DNA of 60,332 nt, filler included, from Jimgerdemannia flammicorona (Eukaryota), in assembly GCA_003990765.1 (NCBI GenBank). It is 3 parts of 3 records of this genome, joined end to end, with 100 filler letters (N's around TTAATTAATTAA, not from the genome) between each part and the next. Parts side by side here need not be neighbours in the genome. Positions count along the whole stretch, not along the records: positions 1 to 20,049 come from RBNJ01001774.1; positions 20,150 to 40,196 come from RBNJ01001775.1; 1 more part is not named here. One strand, 5' to 3'. The notes beneath the pieces are model-generated. The model saw only the letters and a program-made list of their open reading frames with translations, ran no database searches and had not been told where the DNA came from. Each line of letters starts with the position of its first letter. Position 1 is the first letter of the stretch. Both the position numbers and the translations under genes were made by a program. Below, piece after piece: positions 12,533-25,640 of the stretch.

Positions 12533-14053
12533 TTACAACAACCTCGCGACGATGGGACAATTGTTGATGATGCCCGAGCTTCCGAACGGCATCCCCCCTA
12601 GGCCGGTGATGTAGCCCTGCTCAGCGAGGCCGAGGATCTCGAACTCCTCCCGCAGCCTGGTTTTCATGCCGGCCTGGATGGAGAAGCTGCTCCACTCGTA
12701 CGCGTTAACGTCCCAGAGCGGCGAGTAGTCGTATGCGAACGTCGGGATGCCGCCCAGCACGTTGAGCGGGTCGCCCTCTCCAAGGACCGAGGAGTAGAGG
12801 CCCTGGCGGAAGGGGTGCACCTTCACTGTCGCGTTGTTTGGCCCGCCATCGGGGAGGTCCTTGTTTGTGGGGCCGTTGGACTGCGAGGGGGGACATTGGG
12901 ATAGGTTGAATATTAGCAAGCGGTCGGGTACAAGTTGGTCAATTTCGAATGAGTGGAATGAGTGGTACTCACAGCGACGAAGATCCTCTCCACGGCGCTG
13001 AAAAGGCTGTCGTCACCGCCGACCTTGATTTTCTTCAGTCTGGGGGTGTAGGTGACTCCGTCGATGGCGGCGACGCCCTCATCGCTGGTTTCGGCTACGA
13101 TGTAATTGACTGGACGGCCGAACGAGAAGCCCTGCACCATGCGAATCGTCACCGTCATCGTATTGGGGCAAATGGCCACCACGCGGTCGTGCAAGTGCGT
13201 ACGGGCCTCGGCCTCGTGCTCGGCGGGGATGCCGTTGCAGTAGTGGTTGAGGGAATTCTCGTCTACATTTCCGGCGATAATAGGAGCTGGTTGTTGTAAT
13301 CGAGAGAATGAGGGGGTGAGGAAAAGATGGACAAAGCGGATGGGTGGGATGCGATTGACAACACGTATATACCATTCCAGACTGAGCCGCCGAGGTTGGA
13401 CACTTGGATTAAAGGTGTGTAGTTGTCGTCACCGACCTGGCCGGCCACGGTGACCTTGGGAGGGAAAGGTATTCCGTCACCAGGGACCACTCTACCGATT
13501 TGATTGAGAAAGTATACGTCAGTTTCAAGTACTTCATGGATCAAAGCCGATAAAGTCAAACATCCTCTAGCAATTTGACTAATGCTTACTGTCGCACGGG
13601 CGAGAAGTTGACCTCTCCTTTCCTGCCAATTACATTGCCATCCTCGGCCTTTACGATATCGACTGCCAAATTGTCGCCCTCGCCCTGAGCCACGAACGCG
13701 AGCTTGGCGGCGAAATTAACACCGAGCTGCTCGCTATTGCCCTCATCGCTCGTGTCGGTGACGATGTACCAGTATGTGTTACCGGACGCCGCAATGCCCT
13801 TGTACAGCGGCAGCGTCAAGGTCCCGTCGGCGTTCATGATTCCCGACCGAAGCAGAAGCACAGGGCCGACCCGGTCACGGTTGAGTGTCGAGGGTGCCGG
13901 ACCCTGGTATGCGGGCTCGATTGTCGTGCCCACATTGCCCGGCGCCACGGTCACGGTTGGGTCTTGACGCTCGACGAGTGGGCGGGCAGCGGAGAGGAGG
14001 GGAGTGGCCAGGAAGGCGATGGCGAGGGTTTTGATGGCGGCGCTAATGTGCAT
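12533..14053 (-). CDS. Secreted protein of unknown function, about 4 exons; tentatively DUF7482-like (YSPLW / NCP motifs)
   Basis: Signal peptide MHISAAIKTLAIAFLATPLLSAA; GC-rich exons splice into one ORF containing TLPLYKG..YWYIVTDTSD, NFSPVR, DNYTPL, GFSFGRPVNY, YSPLWDV, NNCPIVARLL*. Confidence 0.8.
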
Positions 14054-15339
14054 GGTGTATGTTTTTTTTTTTTTTTTAGGTGCTAGATAATGTAGTTTGT
14101 GATGTGCTTGAGTACTGAGATGCTTTTTGAATTGATGTTGAGAATCTTCAAAAATAATCAGTGCCTTTATACTCTTTCCATTCAGTCCTCATCCCCAAGC
14201 CCCTTCGCTCTCGCTCCTCCCCCGACACTGTCCCAAATATGGCAAACTTTAAATTGAGGTTTCCGCCATCATCCCAAGCTGACATGATTTGTAGTCCTAC
14301 AACCATTTAACTGGAAGTCAGAGCGCTCGCTGACAGCTCGTATCGAATAGAATATGTCGGCTGAGCCGCAACAAACATCCTCTTCGGCCTGCCAGCATAC
14401 ATGCGTATGCGTGACAATATGTATCGCGACGGAACCGAGCAAGAGAAATTGCAAGCAACATTTAATTATGTCATTTACATTGGCATGACAATTTAAAAAT
14501 AGAGCGGAAAAACTCATGGAGATACGTATGTCGTTAGCGAGTTGAAATAAAAGAACTACGGACGTGCCGAGCGGTAGCTTCGGTCGAGCAAGCTGAGGCA
14601 AAAGTCGCGATTAATAGCATCGTCATATGCATTACTCTGATCTGTATTTACGGATCTCTGAATTTACAGATCAAAGCTATGGGCAATGGCAACCAACCTT
14701 ACTATTCCTTGCTTTCCGATCCACAAACAAATAAACCACTTAGCACAACCAAGACGGCTGTGGATCCATCATGGCACTCCATCGCCAATTCCCAATCACG
14801 AAGCTTGCCAACAGGCAACTCGCTTCGGTGACCCCAAAACGGATTGTTTGGAGGTTCGTGCACAGGTTGCTATTTTGTGGTCGGCCGAGACTACTTATTA
14901 TGACACGCCCGTCGACACAGAACAAAAGCAAGGTAGGTTGGACCTTGGGTAGAGGCTCGGATAGTAGGCCTGTCAAGTTTCCTTTCCATTTTTAAACCCC
15001 CTAAAGTTCATGCAGATTGAAAGACAATACTTGCTTGCGACATGTTGGTATATTTCGCCACGTTGACATAGCGTACTATTATCATGTCGTCTTCCGGGTC
15101 CAATCAAGTATGATCGCTCGCATTCAAAGTAATGAGAATAAAGCCAAAAAACGATCTGAGCACAAGTATATATTACAAACGCAATGGAAGTTTGACAAAC
15201 GAAAATGGGAAACCCAGTAAAGAGAAGAATAAAGAAGGCTTATGAATATAAAGCCGAAGATATCATGTAGTGTACAGAACATTATCGCCAACATCACCAA
15301 AAACAAACATCAAGACGGCGCGACAATGCCACCCGCCCA

Positions 15340-16711
15340 CTAATTCGAGTCCGCGTCATCACGCAGCTCGCCAGGGGCCCGCAACCACACCCCCAAGTCC
15401 AACCCCATCCTTAGCCTCTTCAACTTCTCGTTCCTTGCCTTATCCTTCAAGTCAACCTGTGTCCGCCCACGCAGAACCGCATCTACGCTTCCAAGCGAGC
15501 CATCGTGATCCCTGAGGATGGAGGCCCACGACGTCGCCCCATACTCTCGCATCCCATCCTCGAGCGCCTTAATCTGCTCCAACGTCCACGGGCGACGCTT
15601 GCGTGGTTCCTTACGAGGACTATGGGTACTGCTATCACTGGTACGAGACGATGCGCGGATCCTGGGGATATCGGGAACGCTGAAGGGGAGGCGGCGTGAC
15701 CGGCGGTTCTCGTTTCCGTTCGCATCATTGGTCACTCGGTTGTCCTTGTATTGCTCAGGCAGCGGCTCGACATTGGCGATGTGGTTGCGGCGTTTGGTCG
15801 TCGGAGATTCAAGGGTTGCTGGAAATTGAACATTAGGGCATGTAGCAATACGATTCAGTGTGTTATAAATCACAACGCCAAACATACTCAAGATGCCAGC
15901 ATTTGAAGGATTCTCACCCGTCGCCTTCCCTTTTTGCGCCGGTCTCCTCAACAACGGTGCCTCTTCCTCATCCTCTGTGTCTCCCTGATGCTCTTCGACA
16001 TAGTCAGGATCGGCGTCTTCGTCATTCGCGCTACGTTTCATCCGCTTACGAGTGGGTTCCGCTACCGTTTCACGTCTGCGTTTCACACCCTTGGCGTGCT
16101 CCTCCAGGTCGGAGCCCCAGCGTACAACGCGTTCGTCACCAAACACTGTATCGGGTGTTGAGAACCCCACTTGCTTAGCGCTTGGGTGCGGGTCGAGGAG
16201 TGAGCGGGGTTTGTTTCTTTGAGAGGGGATTGGGCGGTTTCCAGGTATGGGGTTCGGCACATTGACATAATTGGAGTTGGAGTATTAATTCCATAGACAT
16301 TCACTTGGGAACCCATCTGATTTGATGCCATTACAAAAAAAAAAAAAAAAAAAAAAGCATACCGCGCAACACTTCTGGATGGAGATAGGTGGATGACAGC
16401 GCTGTTTGCATATATTGATTGAGAAAGTCAACGGATGACGCCATTACCGAAACCAACCAGAATGTGCAACCCAAAACTGAAAATGCATACCGGCTAGCAT
16501 TTCTGGAGGAACCCGGTTCTCCGTCATTTCGTTCTCGCGGCTCATCTTCCTGGAGTCGTCCCGTCATCGTCGCCGCCTCGGCGTTAAGTTGCTGAAGTAT
16601 GCTTGGTAATGGATCTTTGATGACGCCCCTGCCAATAGCAAACCGTACATTTTAGGATACCAATGCGACTTCAGTCAATTCACAAACTTGGCAGCATTTT
16701 GGTACAATGAC

Positions 16712-16744
<33 letters not shown>

Positions 16745-19612
16745 AGCAAGCTCCTAGAAGGTTGCAAAGACAAGAACCAAAGGTAACATACGTAAAGTTG
16801 ACCGCCGCCTCCCTCAATCCCTCCACATATCGTTTCGACTCAGGAGTGTGTCCACCAACAGACTTCTTCGGCGACTGCTTCTTTCTAAGACCCAACTTCC
16901 TTTGCTCGCGCTCGTAGTCGCTAAACTCGTCTTCGTCAATATTCTGCAGAATATCCTCGTCCGGATCCGACGGTGGCAACGCCACAAACGGGATACGCCG
17001 ACGCGAAGGCTGTGGTGCTTTTGACCGGAGCGCTTCAGTTGAGATATTGTGCTTGGGGGTCAGGGTCGGCGAGGATTCGGCCGTCAAGGCTGTGAGCGGC
17101 GTACGGGGCTTCAAGCCACCAGCAGCTTGCCTCGGTGGAACTTGCCCCACTCTCTCGCTATCTAGCGGGAGCGGTTCGATATTGGCGAGAAGGTCGTCCA
17201 GCTGGTCGACTTTGGAGACCTGTCGCATATTCTCCCAAGTTACATCTTGATTGATAGGAACACGAGGGCTGCGAAACGAATTGGAGGGAGATGGTAAGCA
17301 TGAGTTCGTTGTGCTTGCATCAAATTCACAAACGGAACACTTGGATTGGTATTTTGAGAATCCAATACTGCATACTCTGCGTCTTCCAATTCCTCTTCCT
17401 CCTCCTCCTCCTTCTCCTCTTCCTCCTCCTCCTCCTCTTCCTCGTCCTCGAGCTGATAATCCTGATCCTTGGCATCATTCTTCTCCAAGATCTTCGAAAT
17501 GATCTCGTCCTCATCCTCGTCGTCGAACACAGCCCTGTCATCTTCCACGCCTCCCCTAGATTCTCCGCGCCTTTGCTGCCTCTCGCCCAATCGTACAGAT
17601 CGCCGTCGGTTCACGGACGAGGTGAGCTAGATAGTGATAATGAGATAAGTTGGGAAAGAAAGAGTACAGACATTGTTCGCATACATGTTCTGTAACCAAC
17701 AGGAACCGAGCCGTTGCGGATTCGATCTCAACAAATAAAGACAAACCTCGTATATCCTCGGTCGGCCCAACGTCGTGGCCAACTCCCGTAAGAAGTTACG
17801 CCAGTCACGCAGCGAGTCCTCCCACGCGAAAATCTGCGAGATTCTATTCTCTGCGTCCTCCAGCTTTTCGATCTACATTACAGGTGCGTGTTCATGGCGT
17901 TTACGTGCGTTTCAGATTAGAAAGACAAAACAAGACATTGTGAAGGTTCATGTCCCAATTCCCTCATTCGTGCATGCACATGCGGAAAACCGAACAAACC
18001 TCCTGTCTCCTAATGTTGCATAGTTCGATGAAGGTCATCTCCGCTTCGGCGCCCTTGTAGGTCGTCGGATGATTGTTCCCGGCGCCGTTTTCATCGTTTT
18101 GATGATTTATCGCCAATGGGTTTACGGGTGTGGAGGGGAAATGATCTTCTAGCACGTCCTCAATATCGCGGAGATTTTGAGTTTGCAGCGCGTGAGCAAT
18201 TACCTAGTTAGTTACATAACAACAGAAAGAATATGAACATTCAAGAATTATCATGTGTGTTCACAAGCACCACACAATTAACCCCTCCCCCCTCTTTTTT
18301 TTTTTTTTAATGATGGAAGAATGGTGGTCGAAGTATTAACATACTCACCTGCGTCTTCAACTCTACCATCATCTTCAGCACACCATCGTGCCGCTCCGCA
18401 TTTTTTGGTAACACGTGCCGGAAGAACCCTTCACTTGCCTTCAAAAATTTGTTACCCACCATCAGCATGTAACAAAAGATGGCGAGATTGACACGAGCAA
18501 TCACAGAGTCGAGGTGGGAGTTCGACGCGATGTCCGGGGCAAAAATGGGACGGGTGAGATAGCCATCATTTGTGAAGCGATTTATGAGCATGACTAGATT
18601 TATGGAGTGGAATGTCAAAAGGATGGCATCAGATTTTTTTTTTTTTTTTTTTTTTTTTTGGAAGATTAACGACTAGGTACACATAAACACTCACGATCGA
18701 GAATCTCCCAATATTTCTCCGCCGTCGTTATCTCCGCATCTTGTTCCTCCTCGTTCTCGGGGATGTGTTCGAGCCACAATAAATGCCCGAACACTTTATA
18801 TGCCAGGCCATCCAACAATTCGAGGTCTTCCCGGTCGTCAAGCGTGCCTATGGTAGTGATCGAGGATCCGGCCTCGGGAAGCTCTTCGTAGCTCAATTCA
18901 GCGTTTTGCTGTGTATCTGCGTCCTCGGGCTCGTGCACTTGGTCGATTTGGTCTTGTGATTTTTTTCCGGAGGAGGCGAAGGGGTCGTGGTTATGGGAAA
19001 CCGGTTGCGCCTGACGACCGCGTCGACGGGGCGGTGGCTTTTAGTGGTGAGTTGAGGAGGAAGGTTAGCATGGTGGTCATGGAAGAGCAAAGTCGGTCAC
19101 AGAAAGCATCAAAATTCCTGCACGACTCTGTTGATCAGAAAATAATAAACAACTAACAAAGCTCACCATTGAGAGTGGTTCCTCCTCTTCCTCTTGTTTT
19201 TCCGTCGCTTGGGCCTTCCTCTTCGTATTTGGTTGCGTGTCCTACGCAACAGGCCCACGTATAATCGCCAATCAGATACATTTTATTTATTTTTCAGACT
19301 CCATATTTTATATAATTCATACGACGTGGTCGCCAAAATAAAAAAAAGAAGAAAACAAGTTCTCACATTTTTCGGGACGCCAGTATTCGCTTCCGAGCCC
19401 TTGGCAAGTAGCCGCCCCTTCCGTTTGCGTTCGGGCGCAGAAGGTTCGTGCTCACTTTGTTTGTTCTCTTCGTCACTCGATTGGTGTTGACTTGTGCGAG
19501 TCCTGTAGCGCGTCTGTTGGCTCTGCGAGCTTGACGTAGTCTGGCTCATTTGGCTCGGTTGACTACGAAGGGAACGGCCACTCGAAGTGGCTTTTGTCCG
19601 TTTTGGTGCCAT
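15340..19612 (-). CDS. Telomere repeat-binding factor-like protein (TRF/Tbf1/Taz1 type): TRF dimerisation-like domain plus C-terminal telobox Myb domain, multi-exon
   Basis: ATG 19612 MAPKRTK. Exon ~18350-18580 reads RVNLAIFC...FFRHVLP...MMVELKTQ (TRF-domain-like). Terminal exon reads RRPWTLEQIKALEDGMREYGATSWASIL...RTQVDLKDKARN (telobox). Poly-Glu linker. Confidence 0.85.
17391..17448. repeat. (CCT)n microsatellite encoding the poly-Glu tract of the TRF-like protein
   Basis: Seen directly in the sequence. Confidence 0.85.
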
Positions 19613-19652
19613 TTGTGTGGTTATGCGGAGTGTAATGAGGGTTGAGTGGATA

Positions 19653-19674
19653 GGGTTGGGGTTTGGGGTTTGGG
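19653..19674 (+). promoter_or_regulatory. Telomere-like G-quadruplex motif GGGTTGGGGTTTGGGGTTTGGG ~40 bp upstream of the TRF-like ATG
   Basis: Four G-runs of 3-4 nt with T2-3 loops; any function is inference. Confidence 0.4.
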
Positions 19675-20049
19675 TAAGTGATTTGTGATAGCCTCTCTGG
19701 GAAAATGTAAATAATTACGTCACATCCATTTAATCTAGCTTTTATTTTTTATTTTCTACCAGCAGAGAGTATTGTGCAGATTCTCTAATTTGTGGTCCTA
19801 TCCAGCAAAAACTATTTGCGAAGAATCGGCATCTTCAAACTCTCGCACATACTGGTCAACGTTTCTGAGAGCATTCTTGTGATGTATGTTTAATTCAATA
19901 GTGAGAAAAATTAAGATACAAATAGAGCATATTAGAAGATATAGCTTCAGTTCTTCTGATGGCATACAAAGTTGGTCATAAATATAAGCTGACAAAATTT
20001 TGTAAAAAAAAAAAAAAAAAAAAAACTTTTTTTTTTTTTTTTTTTTTTT

Positions 20050-20149
20050 NNNNNNNNNNNNNNNNNNNNNNNNNNNNNNNNNNNNNNNNNNNNTTAATTA
20101 ATTAANNNNNNNNNNNNNNNNNNNNNNNNNNNNNNNNNNNNNNNNNNNN
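20050..20149. other. Artificial contig spacer N44-TTAATTAATTAA-N44
   Basis: Exactly 100 nt with a six-frame stop linker. Confidence 0.98.
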
Positions 20150-20444
20150 CGGGGGTAGGTGAGTCAGTTATAACCATTTTTTTATTCGCGGTTGGATTTC
20201 CGACCATGTCTGTTTACATGGCCACAAGCCGTGGAATAATATGACGAACTGTGCTTTACGCCAGTCTACCGTTTCTTGGTAGATAGATGGATCTCTTTGA
20301 AACCCGTTCTAGCGTCATAAAATGAAATGGTTGATGGGCAGGTCGGTGATGTTGGACGGATGTCCCGCTTGGTGAAAGGGTGGCAGGTATCGCCTCTAGC
20401 TCCCGCCTTGAAGCTGTCAGGGATTCACTCGGGTCAAAGTCGAA

Positions 20445-20615
20445 GAGAAACTGGCAGGGGAGAAACTGGCAGGGGAGAAACTGGCAGGGGAGAAACTGAC
20501 AGGGGAGAAACTGGTGGAGGAGAAACTGGCAGAAAAGAAACTGGCAGGGCTGGGAAGAAACTGATAGAAGAGAAACTGATGGGGAAGAAACTGGTAGGAG
20601 AGAAACTAGAGAGAT
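20445..20615. repeat. 15-bp minisatellite AGAAACTGGCAGGGG, about 10 copies, degenerating rightwards
   Basis: Seen directly in the sequence. Confidence 0.9.
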
Positions 20616-22249
20616 AGAAGCAAGGTCAATTATGGAAAAAAAAAAAAGAGAAAACCCAGCCTCTAAAATAAAATACCAGAGATTGGCTACAAGAGGTCCT
20701 CCTTAAGTGAGACACTATATTGACAGAAGACACCCCTCTGACTAGTCTCTATATCACCTCTGACTAATACTATCAATGATATCAGAGACTGGCTATAAGA
20801 GATCCTTCTTTTTGAGAGAGAGTATATTAATAGTACAAATCAAGAAACACCTCTCTGATCAGTCTCTAAGTTATCTATAGAATGAGATACCAAAGACTAG
20901 CTATGAGCAAAAAAAGCAAGCCTTTCTCTGATATATTTTATATTATACAAATACTTATCATATTAATATATTTTGTATAGTTTTTTAAAGAAAAGTCTTA
21001 AGATCATATTATTGATTTGGAGTTCTAAGAAGTGTACTAGACAAGGTGACCTTAGTGTATTTGACTAGCAGTATATAGAGAGAAGTTATGGCTTGGATAT
21101 GTATAAGTCTTTTGAGCTCTTGTTCAGATAGACATAAAGTTGATAGAGGTGAGAGACCTAGTACTAGAGGACAGAGAACTAAGAGAATAAGTTTTGTTAA
21201 TAAGATCAAAACTAAGAGTTAGTTAGTAAGACTAGATAAATAGCTATAAAGAAAGAAGAAGAAAGCACTGGCTGAGAGATCTAGAGGGACTACTCTGGAC
21301 AACTATAGAGGTAGAACTAGTAGAGTAGTAGCTGGAGAGAGAAAGGAGACTGCTGATGAGAGAGTGACTGCTAATTTGGAAAAAAAAATTCAGATATGAT
21401 AGCTGATAGTGAGAAAGGGCTAAGGATGATATAAGGTTAGTGCTCTGCAAACCCAACCCAATTAACCTGAAACCTGACCCATAAAACAGCCAATCTGGAA
21501 TTAGATGTCACCCATCTTTAACCTGATCCATAAAACAACCAATCTGGAATTAGATGTCACTTATCTTTAATCCAACTCAGAATTATATATCACCTATTTT
21601 TAATCTGACTCAGAATTATATATCACCCATCTTTAATCTGACCCAAAATTGTATATCATCCATCTTTAACCCAACCCAGAAAGATACATTATCTATCTTT
21701 AACCTAATCCAGAATTAAACATAACCCATCTTTAACCCAACCTGGAAATATATATCACCTGACTCATTATTCACCCTTAACTCAAACCTGAACCCAACTC
21801 CTGAACCTGACTCTGAACTCAACCCCTGAATCTAATCCTAAATCTGACCCTCTGAACTCTGCTCTGAAAAAATGATTCAGAAAATATTTGGATAATATTC
21901 AGAGCAATTGAAAGTGAAAAATATCTGAAGACTACCAAAAATCCAAACATATGTATATACAAATTGTATTTACACATAAGCTGTTTTGACATTCAGTCAC
22001 TAGCTCACTAGTAATAGAAAAAATATATTCAGATGGAACAGATATCACTGAAATAGCAAGATAATCATGAGTTATTCATAAAATATTAGGATATACTAAC
22101 TGATTTCACTGCTATCAATCTAGTACATATATCTATATGAGGATCAGCTGGATTCTCTGACAAATAACTGAAATATAGAAATATGAGTGAAAATTAACCA
22201 AGCTAACCAAAAAATATAAAAACAACACCCACCATTCAAGCTCATCATC

Positions 22250-24230
22250 TACATCAATGCACTGTTTCTTCTTATATATTGAGTTGATAAAATCATTAGT
22301 ATTATGAGATATTGAGGGTATAATGACAGTATTAACAGATTTATACTTCTTTTCCTAGATATATTCTATCTGATTCTTTCATTCATCAATTATGAATTTT
22401 TTTCATTACTCATGATAGAAATAACACATGTTGATACATAGATCTAAGGCCAAAGCTATACTATATAATGGTATCATCTTGCAGTAATACTTTAGAAGTT
22501 TCATATGTGCATTCTCAGTAGCAGTAAGTATTATCTATAAAAAATAAAAATATACATCTAAATTCACAAATAAAATTACTTTCAAAATCATATATATATC
22601 TAATTAAAATATTCACCAGTTTGATATATATTGATGACATCTTTGAGATGATAACATAGCCAATTAAATAGTGAGATAACAGCCACTATTATAGGATACT
22701 TCGAAGCTGACATCACAGTTATCACTTTGACAAAAGGCTCAAAAAATCAGCAAATCAATTCAAATTGTTGCCATGTATCTTCAGATATATTGCTCATTTG
22801 CTTATCTATAGTACACAATATATCCAAGCCCTATTTGGATATAATATCAATTTATTTAGTACCAAAATACTTCTGAATCATATTTCAAAATCTATATAAA
22901 TAGATTCAAAATCTTATCTTATGAATCTTTAGAGCACATGCTAATATTTTATATATAGAACTCTATCTCATTGTAACATCTAAGAGAGGCTTCAAAATGG
23001 GAGTTCCAGAGAATTTACAGACCTTTGCCAGTTGTGCTTGTCATTACACTGAATTTTTGATCTTCTTTATCAACTCCTATAGCTTTCCAATGGGCTTGCT
23101 AAGAGAACCAAGAGTATCATAAACAATAAGATTCAATACATGCCTGAAATAGCATATATGAGTGAGTGGATGATGGAGATTCTCAAACAGAGTATCATTG
23201 TTACTGATATTGTCACATACAACAGCAATGATTTGATTGTTACTAGGCAATAAATTATCTATTACCAGCTTCAGACTTTTCATAAGATTGATACCCATGT
23301 GTGTTATTTTACTGATATTCACAAAGTCTAAGATAATGTCATGTATCTTCCAATCACTATCAATCCAATAGACTATTATTCTAAAGAAGGCCTTGATGTT
23401 AATGTCTGATGTCCAATAATCAAATATAAGTGACACCTTTGACTTGAGCCCTACTAGCCTTGCTTTCACTTGAGTCTGCAATAGTTTGAATTCCTTTTGA
23501 ATAACTCATAAAATCATATCAGCTGATGGAAGGGCCAGATCAGGGCATAATATGTGAAGGAGATACTTAAAGCCAGTGTTTTTGATAGTGGAGAATGGCT
23601 GATATCCAGTGACAATGAAGTTGGCAATTAACTGACAGAAATTTTCATCACTTAAAGTCTTACTAGTGTGTTCCTATTTGTAATAATAAAATTTAATGAA
23701 TTATTTTTCTAATAACCTCCTAAGTACTTTCCAAATTTCATTCTATCCATACTCACAATATCATCTTTCTTAGACCAGTGAGAATTCTCAGCATGCTGGA
23801 GAGATAAGAGTATGGTATTGTGATACTTCTAGAGATATTGTTTAAGATTGTTGATATTGCCATCCTTTGATATATACGTAGCTCCAAGTTATACAATAGT
23901 TGCAACTGATGAGCTTACTTTGTAAATTCTATTTGAATAGAGAGATATGAGACTATATTAGAACCTCAACCACTTATAACCAACCACCCACCCTTATGAC
24001 TGATGAGACCAATCACCCCTATAAATGCAATTATTAGCACAATATATAAAACTACCTTTGTGACATGATTTCACACCCAGCTATCACCAGGTTTTGTTTT
24101 TATTTTATTCTCATGCTTATTGGTGATAATGAACTAGTGGAGATATCTGATATATTCTCTAATATATCCTCTAATATATCATCTGATAGTTCTGAGATTT
24201 CTCCTAAATATACTTCTTGATCTTTAGACA
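22250..24230 (-). pseudogene. hAT (ZBED/Ac-like) transposase pseudogene
   Basis: SLIFDYWTS (DxWT), YWIDSDWK, VCDNISNND, ICYFRHVLNLIV (CxxH-like); many stops created by C-to-T / G-to-A changes. Confidence 0.9.
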
Positions 24231-24591
24231 TTTCAAATATTTGATGATGGTGGGGACTGAGAGCTTAAGTGGGAGGCTGAGAGCTGGAAAGTGGCTAGAA
24301 AGTGGCAAGCTAGGGAGTGGCAAACTAGGAAACCAAGCTGGGGGGGCAGTGAACTAGGGACAGAGAGTTGGGGGGAGGTGGTGAGTGATGGAAAAAGCTA
24401 GGAACTGTGGGGTCTGAAACAGGAGTCAGTGAGCTGGGGGGCAGTGAGAGAGAGAGCAGCAAGGTAGCATGCAATAGTCAATGATCGATTGTGGATAGAG
24501 GATGGATGAATAAATACATATAGGTGGTAAACTGGTACCCATCATGCAACTGCAAACAGTAAACATACTTTGGAGATTCAGCATGTTCTAT

Positions 24592-24970
24592 ATTGAGCAA
24601 GGTTTGTAATGATATTTGAGTGAGATTTGTAGTGCATTTGAGTGAGATTTGCAGCAAGGTTCAAGTAAGATTTGTAAGCAAGATTAAAGTGAGATTTGCA
24701 AGCAAGATTTGTATGTAAGATTAAAGTAAGATTTGCATAAGCCAGGCTTTATAAGCCTTGTGCTTGCAAGTCTGGATAAGCTCAGTCACAAGCTAATATG
24801 ATATATATATATATAAGCTAATATCATGTGATATCAGCTATTAGCTGAGCTTGTAAGCATAAGGCTTGCAAAGCCTAGCTTATGCAAATCTCACTTTGCA
24901 AATCTCACTGCAAATCTCACTCAAATGCACTACAAACCTTACTCAAATGTCATTGCAAACCTCACTCAAT
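24592..24970. repeat. Long imperfect hairpin (~380 bp) built from GAGTGAGATTTGCA-type subrepeats
   Basis: Left arm ATTGAGCAAGGTTTGTAATGATATTTGAG... pairs with right arm ...CTCAAATGTCATTGCAAACCTCACTCAAT. Confidence 0.85.
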
Positions 24971-25008
24971 TGGGGCTTATGCAGAACCCACTGAATCACA
25001 TAGAGAGA

Positions 25009-25203
25009 AGTAAAATGTAGTGAGGAAAGCTCCAGATTGCAAGTGTAAGTATAAGTATAAGCTTTGCTCCACTCAGTCTGACAAGCTGATAATAAGCTGA
25101 TATCATGTGATATCAGCTATCAGCTGAGTGGAGCAAAGCTTGTGCTTATACTTATGCTTATGCTTATACTTGCAATCTAGAGCTTTCCTCACTGCATTCC
25201 ACT
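25009..25203. repeat. Second hairpin (~195 bp) with the same central core as the first
   Basis: GTGAGGAAAGCTCCAGATTGCAAG pairs with CTTGCAATCTAGAGCTTTCCTCAC; core AAGCTGATATCATGTGATATCAGCT. Confidence 0.85.
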
Positions 25204-25640
25204 CCTCTTGTATTCCACTCCTCTTGTATTCCACTCCTCTTGTACAACTCTTATATATTCCTCCACCTCCCTTATCCTCATTTCTCAGATTGCAAACAAT
25301 ATGTAATTTAGAAATGAGTTTCAAAAGAGATTTCAAAGAGATTCTAAAAGAAATTTTAAAGAGATTCGGAAAGAGCTTCTGAAAGAGATTTTGGAGAGAT
25401 TTTGAAAGAGCTTCTGAAAGATATTATAGCTTTTGAATATTTAAGATATCAAAAGCTTACTTTTGTCTCTTGTTCTTTTTGTCTTGTCCTTCACTTCACC
25501 TCATTCTTCACTTTACCTCACTTAATTCACTACTATATTGAGAAAACATAGATAGGACTACTCAGCCAATAAGTATTTACTTAGCCCCCCTCAAGCTCAA
25601 TGTACTTTAGCTTGCTGTCCCAAAGCTTGGCACTCTAAAG

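Noticed and set aside
19640..20049. True telomere at the contig end
   Set aside because: No tandem telomeric array; the contig ends in poly-A/poly-T runs that probably broke the assembly
20327..20617. RGETG-repeat protein ORF
   Set aside because: The open frame is a by-product of a stop-free 15-bp minisatellite; no other support
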